The notes below the pieces were generated by a model. The model searched no databases. It saw only the letters and a program-made list of their open reading frames with translations, and was not told the DNA's origin. Source: Microgenomates group bacterium Gr01-1014_7 (GTDB lineage: Bacteria > Patescibacteriota > Microgenomatia > Daviesbacterales > UBA10151). From it: a stretch of DNA of 64,000 nt. Positions 8,140 through 16,122 of the stretch are shown one piece after another. The first letter of the stretch is position 1. Every line of letters starts with the position of its first letter. Both the position numbers and the translations under genes were made by a program. The stretch covers positions 336 through 64,335 of the forward strand of contig VMGD01000003.1 of the NCBI GenBank assembly GCA_007376405.1, given 5' to 3'.

Positions 8140-9432
8140 ATGAAAATAATAGTGCTTGCAGCAGGGTCTGGTAAAAGGATGTGGCCCATACAAAAAGATA
8201 AATGTTTGATTCCTTTTTTGGGAAAGCCTCTTTTATATCATAATCTTAAAAAAATTAAAGGTGTCCTAAATCCGGAAGAGTTTATTATAGTTGCCCGGCC
8301 GGAAAGCAAAGATAAAATTCTGGAGGTTATCAAGCAGCTTGGAATTACCGGCACAATTGCCATTCAGCAGGAGTCCAAAGGAATGGCAGATGCTATTTTA
8401 TCAGCCAGAGAGCTGGTAGAGGGAGAAGTTTTAGTTATTAATGCGGAAGATATAGTTGACCCGGATCTCTATGCACAGGTAGCCAAAGGGGAAGAGGAAG
8501 TAGTGTTAGCAGGGCTGAAAGTGGATAAGTATTTCCCGGGAGGATATATAAAGGTAACAGGCAACAGGGTACAGGAGATAGTGGAGAAGCCGGGGGAGGG
8601 AAACGAGCCGTCGGATTTAGTTAAATTAGTGGTTGATTATTTTAAGAATGGTAAAAAACTAATTGAATATCTGCAAAAGGCCTCAAGTGATAAAGATGAC
8701 CGGTATGAAGTAGCCCTGGCAAATATGATTTCGGATGGGGTAGATATCAGGGTTATAAAATATAACGGAATTTGGATTCCTCTTAAATATCCCTGGCAGA
8801 TTTTAGATATACTGGGTTACTTTTTAGATAATATTGAACAAAGAATTTCCCCGGGGGCAAAAATTGCCAAAACAGCTGAAATTTCCGGAAAAGTGATCAT
8901 AGAAGATGGGGTTAGGATCTTTGAAGGAGCTGTTATTAAAGGCCCGTGTTATATAGGGAAAAACTGCATTATTGGCAATAACACCATGGTTAGGGAATCA
9001 GCTTTGGAGGAAGGTTGTGTCACCGGATTTAACTCGGATATTACCAGGAGCTATATTGGTGCAGAGAGTTGGTTTCATACCAATTATATTGGAGACTGCG
9101 TAATAGAAGGGGATTTTGGTATGGGGTCAGGGGCAGTGCTGGCTAATTTAAGATTGGATGATCATACAATAAGAGTTAAGATAGAGGGAGAGCTGATTGA
9201 TTCCGACAGGCACAAACTTGGATTGATTGCAGGTAAAGGTTCCCGTGTAGGTGTTAATGCCTCAACCATGCCGGGAGTAAAAATAGGGGCTAATTCTTTA
9301 GTTGGTCCGGGAGTTACTCTGTATGAGGATGTGAAAGATAATACTAAAATACTGGTTAAACAGGAATATTCTGTTTCCGAACACACCCCGGCCTTAACCA
9401 GCTATGATCAATTCAGGGAAAAACTGAATTAG
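8140..9432 (+). CDS. Sugar-phosphate nucleotidyltransferase with a C-terminal left-handed beta-helix (GlmU/GCD1-like)
   Basis: N-terminal LAAGSGKRMWP nucleotidyltransferase motif; C-terminal hexapeptide repeats. Confidence 0.6.
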   Translation: MKIIVLAAGSGKRMWPIQKDKCLIPFLGKPLLYHNLKKIKGVLNPEEFIIVARPESKDKILEVIKQLGITGTIAIQQESKGMADAILSARELVEGEVLVINAEDIVDPDLYAQVAKGEEEVVLAGLKVDKYFPGGYIKVTGNRVQEIVEKPGEGNEPSDLVKLVVDYFKNGKKLIEYLQKASSDKDDRYEVALANMISDGVDIRVIKYNGIWIPLKYPWQILDILGYFLDNIEQRISPGAKIAKTAEISGKVIIEDGVRIFEGAVIKGPCYIGKNCIIGNNTMVRESALEEGCVTGFNSDITRSYIGAESWFHTNYIGDCVIEGDFGMGSGAVLANLRLDDHTIRVKIEGELIDSDRHKLGLIAGKGSRVGVNASTMPGVKIGANSLVGPGVTLYEDVKDNTKILVKQEYSVSEHTPALTSYDQFREKLN

Positions 9433-9438
9433 GTTCCA

Positions 9439-9468
9439 ATTGACAATGTAATACAAATGTAATACAAT
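9439..9468 (+). promoter_or_regulatory. Promoter TTGACA, 17 bp spacer, TACAAT, directly abutting the ATG (leaderless); contains the direct repeat ATGTAATACA twice (possible operator)
   Basis: Read directly from the sequence. Confidence 0.45.
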
Positions 9469-9747
9469 ATGACTAGAATTAAGATTAACCAGTTGGTTTG
9501 GGATGAGTGGAATATTGAGCATATAAGAAAACATGATGTTACAAAAGATGAGGTTGAGGTAGTAGCTAAAAATATAGTAACTCATAAAAAAGCTAAAAAG
9601 GGGAGATATTTAATTATGGGAAGAGTAAGTTCAAGAATTTTGTCGGTAGCGATTAGTAGAAAAGGAATAGGAGTGTATTATCCGGTAATGGCAAGAGATT
9701 CAGCTAAAAAAGAAAGGAGAATAGTTTATGAAAAAGAAAAAATTTAA
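9469..9747 (+). CDS. brnT: BrnT-family (DUF497, RelE-fold) toxin
   Basis: VWDEWNIEHIRKHDV...RxISARDSAKKERRIVYE pattern; about 92 aa; followed by overlapping BrnA. Confidence 0.6.
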   Translation: MTRIKINQLVWDEWNIEHIRKHDVTKDEVEVVAKNIVTHKKAKKGRYLIMGRVSSRILSVAISRKGIGVYYPVMARDSAKKERRIVYEKEKI

Positions 9748-10006
9748 ATTCCCTGATTTTAATAAAATGACTTATGGAGAAGAAGCAAATTGGTGGGATA
9801 CCCATGATTGGGGAGAATTCTGGAATGAATTGGAAGATGTAGATATTGTGGTTGATCTTCATAAACCAAAAGAAGAAACTTTAATTTTAAGACTGCAAAA
9901 AAATTTAAAAGATAGGTTAACGGCAATTGCCCGCTCTAAAGGGTTAAATGTTTCAAGTTTAGCCAGAATGTGGTTAATGGAAAAACTGCAAGCCAGCAGA
10001 ACATAA
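9728..10006 (+). CDS. brnA: BrnA-family (CopG/RHH-type) antitoxin
   Basis: FKFPDF...EANWWDTHDWGEFWNE motif; C-terminal RHH (LRLQKNLKDRLTAIARSKGLNVSSLARMWLMEKL). Confidence 0.6.
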   Translation: MKKKKFKFPDFNKMTYGEEANWWDTHDWGEFWNELEDVDIVVDLHKPKEETLILRLQKNLKDRLTAIARSKGLNVSSLARMWLMEKLQASRT

Positions 10007-10007
10007 C

Positions 10008-11180
10008 ATGCTTCTATATGAATTTGAGGGGAAACAACTATTTAAAAATTGCGGGATCAATGTTCCTGCATCACAACTTTTAGAATCTCCTGATGAGGAA
10101 ATTGTCATCAAGCCTCCTTTGGTTTTAAAAGCTCAAGTTTTATCAGGCAAAAGGGCGCAAGCAGGAGGTATTGTTTTTGATCAAAACGCCAATCTTTTTG
10201 GAAAGGTTATCAATGGAGAGAAGGTAGAAAAGGTTTTAGTGGAAGAGAGAATAGAGATAACAAGAGAGTATTATCTTTCGTTTTCATATAGTACAGAAAC
10301 CAGAGGGCCGGTAATGACTTTTGGTCAAGGTGGAAGTGGAGTAGAAGAAAAGAGAGTAAAAAGTTTTCCAATTGACACGGCTCACCCCGAAGGAGTCAAA
10401 GCCCTGCCCGCTCGCAAGCTCGCGTTGCAGGCGGGCCACCTTCGGGGTGTTGGCTTGCCGGAGCAATTAGTGGAAACTGGTAAACAACTTTGGGAAGTGT
10501 TCATAAAATATGATTGTGAGCTGGCTGAAATAAATCCTTTGGTAGTGGACAAGAATGGTAAAGTTTGGGCGCTGGACAGTAAAGTAATTCTGGATGATGA
10601 TGGTGACTTTAGAAGGGAAATAAAATTTCCGGAAAGAAATCTGTTTGGAAGACCTCCGACTGAAAATGAAATTGAGGCAAGGATTATAGATGAAGGAGAT
10701 CACAGGGGCACAGCAGGTTCTGTTTACTGGGACCTGGATGGAGATATAGCAGTGATTGCCGCAGGGGGCGGGGGTTCAATTGTTAATATGGATGCTCTTT
10801 TGGCTTTTGGAGGTAAACCTGCCAATTATACTGAGCATTCAGGGAATCCTCCCAGGGAAAAGCTCGAAAAACTCACCAAAATAGTTTTATCAAAACCCGA
10901 TTTAAAGGGGTGCTGGTTTGTAGGGGGTACTGCCAATTTTACAGATATTTATGAAACTTTAATGGGATTTGTGGAGGGCTTAAGGGAAATTAAACCCAAA
11001 CCCATTTATCCGATTGTGATCCGTCGGGGTGGGCCAAGAGATAAAGAAGCCTTTGCAGCGTTAAAAGAAATTGGCAAAAAAGAAGGCTTTAATTTTTATA
11101 TCTATGGAAGGGAAACTCCCATGACATCTACAGCCAAGATTATGATGGAGTTAGCATATGGCAATATTAGTAAACGATAA
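10008..11180 (+). CDS. Succinyl-CoA synthetase beta-subunit-like ATP-grasp protein (SucC / citryl-CoA synthetase large-subunit-like); carries a GC-rich palindromic insertion at 10385..10446
   Basis: ATP-grasp N-terminus; pairs with the downstream alpha-like subunit. Confidence 0.55.
   Translation: MLLYEFEGKQLFKNCGINVPASQLLESPDEEIVIKPPLVLKAQVLSGKRAQAGGIVFDQNANLFGKVINGEKVEKVLVEERIEITREYYLSFSYSTETRGPVMTFGQGGSGVEEKRVKSFPIDTAHPEGVKALPARKLALQAGHLRGVGLPEQLVETGKQLWEVFIKYDCELAEINPLVVDKNGKVWALDSKVILDDDGDFRREIKFPERNLFGRPPTENEIEARIIDEGDHRGTAGSVYWDLDGDIAVIAAGGGGSIVNMDALLAFGGKPANYTEHSGNPPREKLEKLTKIVLSKPDLKGCWFVGGTANFTDIYETLMGFVEGLREIKPKPIYPIVIRRGGPRDKEAFAALKEIGKKEGFNFYIYGRETPMTSTAKIMMELAYGNISKR
10385..10446. 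repeat. GC-rich nested palindrome (CCCCGAAGG...GCCCGC...GCGGGC...CCTTCGGGG) inside the sucC-like gene
   Basis: Read directly from the sequence; about 70% GC in an otherwise AT-rich gene. Confidence 0.5.
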
Positions 11181-12051
11181 AACACGGGTATTAATTCAGG
11201 GCATAACCGGCAAAGAAGGTTCCAAAGTATGCCTGCAAATGAAAAACTATGCTACCCGGGTTTTGGCCGGGGTTACTCCCGGAAAGGGCGGGCAGGAAGT
11301 GCACGGAGTGCCGGTTTATAATACGGTTGCCCAGGCGCTGGAAAATCACCCGGGAATAAATACCTCTTTGATTTCTGTTCCTAATTTTGCTAGTTTCGGG
11401 GCAATGAAGGAGGCAATAGAGAGCAAGATTGCTCTTATAAATGTTTTCACCGAACATGTGCCAATTGCAGATACTGCCAAGGCTATCGCTTTAGCTAAAC
11501 AAAATGGGGTCAGGATTGTAGGCCCCTCGTCCATGGGTATTATTTCTCCTGGGATAGGGAAAGTAGGGCAAATAGGCGGGGAAGATCCCAGGGGAATTTT
11601 TTTGAGAGGCAGTGTGGGGGTTATTTCCAAATCCGGGGGTATGGCCTCGGAAGTGTCCTGGATTTTAACCAAAAATGGCATTGGGCAATCAACTGTGGTG
11701 GGAATAGGGGGGGATGTGCTGGTGGGCTCAAGCTTTGCGGATTTAATGGAGGAGTTTGAGAAGGACGAGCAAACAAAAGCAGTAATTATTTTTGGAGAAA
11801 TAGGAGGGACTTATGAAGAAGAAGCAGCGGATTTTATTAAAAGTGGAAAGTTTACAAAGAAAGTTGTAGCATTTATATCGGGGCTGTTTGCCCAGACTCT
11901 GCCACAGGGGACAAAACTGGGCCATGCAGGAGCAATAGTTTACGGGGAAAAAGGCAGCTATAAATCAAAAATTGAAAGTTTAAAAGAAGCAGGAGTAACA
12001 ATAGCCAAAACTCCGGATGAAATACCCAGCCTGTTAAAATTTCCCTCTTGA
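11158..12051 (+). CDS. Succinyl-CoA synthetase alpha-subunit-like CoA-binding protein with a phosphohistidine loop
   Basis: VLIQGITGKEGS CoA-binding motif; GHAGAIV His loop. Confidence 0.65.
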   Translation: MAILVNDKTRVLIQGITGKEGSKVCLQMKNYATRVLAGVTPGKGGQEVHGVPVYNTVAQALENHPGINTSLISVPNFASFGAMKEAIESKIALINVFTEHVPIADTAKAIALAKQNGVRIVGPSSMGIISPGIGKVGQIGGEDPRGIFLRGSVGVISKSGGMASEVSWILTKNGIGQSTVVGIGGDVLVGSSFADLMEEFEKDEQTKAVIIFGEIGGTYEEEAADFIKSGKFTKKVVAFISGLFAQTLPQGTKLGHAGAIVYGEKGSYKSKIESLKEAGVTIAKTPDEIPSLLKFPS

Positions 12052-12076
12052 CAAATATATACAATTTGCATACAGT
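12048..12076 (+). promoter_or_regulatory. Promoter TTGACA, 17 bp spacer, TACAGT
   Basis: Read directly from the sequence. Confidence 0.4.
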
Positions 12077-12082
12077 TTATGT

Positions 12083-12868
12083 ATGAAGGCTCAATCACAA
12101 ACTTTTAACGTAGCCCTGCCTGAAGATTTAGTGAAGAAAGCTGATAAAGTTGCAAAGAAAGAATACAGGAATAGAAGTGAACTTATAAGAGAAGCGCTCC
12201 GTAACTATCTACAAGAATCTGTTTCTAAAACAATAGGTATGTTCTTGCCCAGGAGAACAGAGATTTTTAGTGCGCTTATTGACCAATCTTTAATTTTAAA
12301 AGAAGCTGCGAAAGTTTTTAAAGAGGCTGTTAGTGATTGGAAAAAACTTGATGCAAGTTGTTTCAGGTTAAAACAATTAGAACATGAAGCTGATAACATC
12401 GTACATACCCTGACAAATGAGATTGAAAAAACATTTATGCTTTCTTTAGATAAAGAAGACATTAAAGATTTGGCAGAATCTGTAGATGATGTAATGGATG
12501 AAATTGAACAAGTTGCCAATAGGCTAAAAATCTACAAAGTCCCTAAAGGAAATATACAAATTAAGGAGTTCGCCAATCTTATTGTAAAAATGATCGATCA
12601 GCTAAATGAAGGAATGAGGCTCCTGAAAAGAAATAAATTATCCTCAAGAGAATTTGCAACCTGTTGTTTAGCTATTCATGAAATAGAATCAGCAGGGGAT
12701 GATCTTCACAGACAAGTGCTTTCTGAAATGATAGGCAAGAGATCGCTAAACAAAGACATTCTCTCAATGATTATATGGAAAGAAATTTTTCAAAGCCTGG
12801 AAGATACTCTGGATAAATGTGAGGATATTGCCATAATTTTTGACCGGTTAAAACTCAAATATAGATAA
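12083..12868 (+). CDS. RHH (CopG-like) N-terminal domain fused to a DUF47/PhoU-like phosphate-transport regulator domain
   Basis: NVALPEDLVKKADKVAKKEYRNRSELIREALRNYL resembles a ribbon-helix-helix; the rest is helical and DUF47-like, and is adjacent to a PiT transporter, the usual DUF47 partner. Confidence 0.5.
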   Translation: MKAQSQTFNVALPEDLVKKADKVAKKEYRNRSELIREALRNYLQESVSKTIGMFLPRRTEIFSALIDQSLILKEAAKVFKEAVSDWKKLDASCFRLKQLEHEADNIVHTLTNEIEKTFMLSLDKEDIKDLAESVDDVMDEIEQVANRLKIYKVPKGNIQIKEFANLIVKMIDQLNEGMRLLKRNKLSSREFATCCLAIHEIESAGDDLHRQVLSEMIGKRSLNKDILSMIIWKEIFQSLEDTLDKCEDIAIIFDRLKLKYR

Positions 12869-13861
12869 ATGGAAGCAACGCTTGCGCTTTTAATCCTCGT
12901 CATCATCCTCTCATATATATACGCATTTGTGGGTGGATTTACAGACGCAGCAAATGCAATTGCCACCTCTATTGGCACAAGAGCTTTAAGTCCTGTTACT
13001 GCTGTTTTAATGGCAGGTTTTTTGGAACTGGCAGGTGCTTTAACAGGTACAGCTGTTGCTTTAACCATTGGCAAGGGGATTGTATCTTTAGAGCTTATAA
13101 CACTGGCTACTGTTGTTGCAGCACTCCTTGCAACGATGTGTTGGAGTCTTTTTACCTACTACTTTGGTATTCCTGTAAGTGAAACCCATGGTTTAATTGG
13201 AGGAGTACTTGGAGCCGCGCTTGCTACAGCTGGTACTAAAGCTGTGTTGTGGGATGGGTTAAACAAAGTTCTAATCGCAATAGTTGCATCACCCCTGCTG
13301 GGTTTTTTAGGAGGAGCAATTTTTATTAGTATTATCTATTTTTTCTTCCACAAAGGTTCAAATAAAAAAATGAACGGAATTTTTACAAACCTTCAGCGTT
13401 TATCTGCTGCATTTATGGCTTTTAGTCATGGAAGAAACGATGCTCAAAAACCCATGGGAGTTTTAGTAATGGCCCTTGCCCTATATTTTGGCTGGAAAGA
13501 TCCGCAAGTGCCTCTTTGGGTTATTCTAAGTGTAGGTTTAACAGCAGGCTTAGGGGTAGCTTATGGAGGTTGGAGAATTATTAGGACTCTGGGAACAAAG
13601 ATCACCCCCCTTACTACCGCACAAGGATTTTCTGCTGAGACTTCTGCTGCTTTAGTTTTACAGCTTGCATCACAATTTGGAATACCAGTTTCTACAACTC
13701 ATACCATAACCTCTGCAATTGTAGGGGCTGGTGCAGCCAGGAGGGTTTCAAGTGTTAGATGGGGAATTGTGCAAGATATTGTCCTTTCCTGGGTATTTAC
13801 ATTACCAGTAACAATTATTCTAGGATGGATTTTTGCTTCAGTTTTTCAATTTCTTTTTTAA
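12869..13861 (+). CDS. pit: Inorganic phosphate transporter, PiT family
   Basis: GGFTDAANAIATSIGT near the N-terminus and GRNDAQKPMG in the C-terminal half (duplicated GANDVAN-like motifs). Confidence 0.7.
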   Translation: MEATLALLILVIILSYIYAFVGGFTDAANAIATSIGTRALSPVTAVLMAGFLELAGALTGTAVALTIGKGIVSLELITLATVVAALLATMCWSLFTYYFGIPVSETHGLIGGVLGAALATAGTKAVLWDGLNKVLIAIVASPLLGFLGGAIFISIIYFFFHKGSNKKMNGIFTNLQRLSAAFMAFSHGRNDAQKPMGVLVMALALYFGWKDPQVPLWVILSVGLTAGLGVAYGGWRIIRTLGTKITPLTTAQGFSAETSAALVLQLASQFGIPVSTTHTITSAIVGAGAARRVSSVRWGIVQDIVLSWVFTLPVTIILGWIFASVFQFLF

Positions 13862-13924
13862 GTTTATTTTGTTAAAACCCCGGATGAATACAGGAATTAT
13901 TAAAGGTGGTATAATATATCTATC

Positions 13925-14158
13925 ATGAAAGTATCTCAAGATTCCAAAAGATTAGAACAACTTTCCGATAAACTATATAAAAAATATGGCAAGCCCTTAG
14001 AAGGAGAACACTGGGGTGAGTTTTTGGCTGTCTCTCAAAAAGGCAAAACAATTTTAGGTGAGACTCTTTTAGAAGTTGCTCAAAAAGCTTCTAGTATTCT
14101 TGGCCTTGGGAATTTTATCTTTAAGGTGGGGGAAAAAGCTGTTGGTAAATGGCGGTAA
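13925..14158 (+). CDS. Small protein (77 aa) preceding a retropepsin-like protease (module copy A)
   Basis: ORF only; weak similarity to 35042..35236 (GKTILGETLLEVAQKA vs GKTLTTLIKKLEKMG). Confidence 0.3.
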   Translation: MKVSQDSKRLEQLSDKLYKKYGKPLEGEHWGEFLAVSQKGKTILGETLLEVAQKASSILGLGNFIFKVGEKAVGKWR

Positions 14159-14161
14159 GTT

Positions 14162-14509
14162 ATGAATTTAATAAGTTCCCGGTTTCCTTATGTCCGGGTA
14201 ACGCTTCAAGTTTTGCAAAGAAATCTAAAAGTAGAGGTTTTATTAGATACTGGTTTTGATGGGGATATAACAGTACCACCAGAAATGATTCTAAATGGAA
14301 AACCTCCTCAGGGTTATCTTCCTTGGACTTTGGCTAACGGAGAAGAAGTAAATGCTCCTTATTTTCTGGGAAAGATAAGGATAGGGAAATTTGAACCTAT
14401 TAGTGTTTTAATTACAGCTTTAGGTGATGAGCCACTTGTCGGGAGGGGAGTAACCGATAGATTTAAAGTTATCTTTGATCATGGAAGAAAGGTTATTGTA
14501 GAGCTATAA
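14162..14509 (+). CDS. Retropepsin-like (clan AA) aspartic protease
   Basis: LLDTGFDGDI active-site motif; GRGVTDRF second motif; 115 aa. Confidence 0.5.
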   Translation: MNLISSRFPYVRVTLQVLQRNLKVEVLLDTGFDGDITVPPEMILNGKPPQGYLPWTLANGEEVNAPYFLGKIRIGKFEPISVLITALGDEPLVGRGVTDRFKVIFDHGRKVIVEL

Positions 14510-14517
14510 TTGATTTT

Positions 14518-15282
14518 ATGGATAAGAAATGGAAAACTAGTATAGCCGGGATAATTGACCTGCCTGCCGGCAGGCAAGGTGGGGAGGCCCATATTCACGG
14601 GTATAAAGTGACGGACCTGATTGAAAAAGTTAATTTTACTTCGGCCATCTGGCTTGAATTAAAAGGGGAGCTGCCAACGGAAAAAGAAAGAGCCATGCTG
14701 GATAGCATATTAATTTCAACTATAGACAATGGTTTAGGCCCGCCCTCCATAACCAATGCCCGCAATTCCGCCTCAAGCGGAAACCCCATGCAGGCTGCGG
14801 TTGCTGCAGGAGTTTTAGGGGTAGGGGATTCCCATGGGGGTGCTATTGAAGAATGTGCCAGATTGCTGCAGATGGGGATATCTGCGGAAAAGCTGGTAGA
14901 AAAAGTTATTTCTTCAGGAGAAAGGATTCCGGGATATGGCCACAAAGTCTATACGGAGGATCCAAGAGCCAAGCAAATTTTCGAGAAGGCTAAAAGTTTA
15001 GGGTTTTATGGAGAGCACTGTGAACTGGCAGTAGCAGTGGAAAAAATTCTGGAAGAAAAAAAGGGTAAGAAAATCCCCATTAATGTGGACGGGGCAATAG
15101 CGGCTGTTATATCTGACATGGGGTTTGATTACAGGCTGGGAAAAGGGTTTTTTATCATTGGCAGGGTGGTTGGGCTTGTTGCCCATATATATGAGGAATG
15201 GGTGCGCGAAAAGCCATTTAGAAGAATTCCGGACGGCGAAATTGAATATGACGGCACACCTCCCAGGAAACTACCCTCTTGA
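14518..15282 (+). CDS. Short citrate-synthase-family protein (citryl-CoA lyase / ACL C-terminal-domain-like)
   Basis: GYGHKVY citrate-synthase His signature; only 254 aa, so not a full citrate synthase; 21-bp palindrome inside the 5' end. Confidence 0.5.
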   Translation: MDKKWKTSIAGIIDLPAGRQGGEAHIHGYKVTDLIEKVNFTSAIWLELKGELPTEKERAMLDSILISTIDNGLGPPSITNARNSASSGNPMQAAVAAGVLGVGDSHGGAIEECARLLQMGISAEKLVEKVISSGERIPGYGHKVYTEDPRAKQIFEKAKSLGFYGEHCELAVAVEKILEEKKGKKIPINVDGAIAAVISDMGFDYRLGKGFFIIGRVVGLVAHIYEEWVREKPFRRIPDGEIEYDGTPPRKLPS

Positions 15283-15349
15283 CAGGGAGGCACTGCTATT
15301 AGATGATAAAGCTATAAACAGCCAATTTTGGTTGTTTTTTAATTTTTTT

Positions 15350-15640
15350 ATGGCTAACCCTGAAATAAATATTAAACCAAAACATCTGGCGGAAGGAAGA
15401 GCCTTAGTTGCTCAACACATTTTAGATGGTAAAGTAATAGAGGAAAGAGCTATTTATAAGATTCTTGGTAGACGTTTAGTTGAAGGTCAAGAACCTGACT
15501 TGTTGCTTCAAGCTCAAGGAGGACAGGTAATACAATTTCCGGAGAGTGAAGTGTTAAGAGGTGGCAATTATTGGATGCGCATTACGGGGATTTTATCCAG
15601 AGAAGAAGTTGCGGGTATCTTTTTTGCTCCCATAAAATAA
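15350..15640 (+). CDS. Hypothetical protein (track ORF 15125..15640 is trimmed to its first non-overlapping ATG)
   Basis: ORF only. Confidence 0.2.
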   Translation: MANPEINIKPKHLAEGRALVAQHILDGKVIEERAIYKILGRRLVEGQEPDLLLQAQGGQVIQFPESEVLRGGNYWMRITGILSREEVAGIFFAPIK

Positions 15641-15644
15641 CCCC

Positions 15645-15673
15645 TTGACAAGATACTACTGTACTAGTATAAT
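15645..15673 (+). promoter_or_regulatory. Promoter TTGACA, 17 bp spacer, TATAAT
   Basis: Read directly from the sequence. Confidence 0.45.
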
Positions 15674-15681
15674 AGTATGTT

Positions 15682-15939
15682 ATGTTTGGAAATAATCCGT
15701 TAAATGAGTTAATTGATTTATTGCTAGACATTAAAGACAAAGAATATATGAAAGATTTTCTTTTGGGGATTTTAACTCCAAAAGAACTGGAAGAAATACC
15801 TACCAGGCTTCAGATAGTTAAGATGTTGAAGCAGGGAATATCTCAGCATAAAGTTGCAGAAGATTTAAAAGTAGGTATAGCAACAGTAACCCGCGGTTCA
15901 AAAGAGCTGCAGAAAGGTAGATTTAAAGTGGTACGCTAG
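15682..15939 (+). CDS. TrpR/YerC-family small DNA-binding regulator
   Basis: 85 aa, HTH (ISQHKVAEDLKVGIATVTRGSKEL), Trp-repressor-like fold family; sits upstream of trpEG. Confidence 0.55.
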   Translation: MFGNNPLNELIDLLLDIKDKEYMKDFLLGILTPKELEEIPTRLQIVKMLKQGISQHKVAEDLKVGIATVTRGSKELQKGRFKVVR

Positions 15940-15944
15940 TACCA

Positions 15945-15963
15945 TCCCGAACTTGTTTCGGGA
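15945..15963 (+). terminator. Hairpin TCCCGAA-cttgt-TTCGGGA after the regulator gene
   Basis: 7-bp stem; weak U-tract. Confidence 0.35.
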
Positions 15964-16122
15964 TCTATAAAAATATGGAAAGAATAGATACACATACAAA
16001 TGAAGGACCCCCTGGTTCCTCTTCTGAGGGACAGGGGTTAGTTTGGCTCTAAATACTCATTAACTCTAGATCAAGTTAGAGATATTGCTCCAGGAGGCTC
16101 AATTATTCCAATCTTTCGGACC

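Noticed and set aside
15125-15349. 5' part of ORF 15125-15640
   Set aside because: It overlaps the 3' end of the citrate-synthase-like gene in another frame. The start was trimmed to the first ATG after that gene (15350); even the trimmed ORF is low confidence
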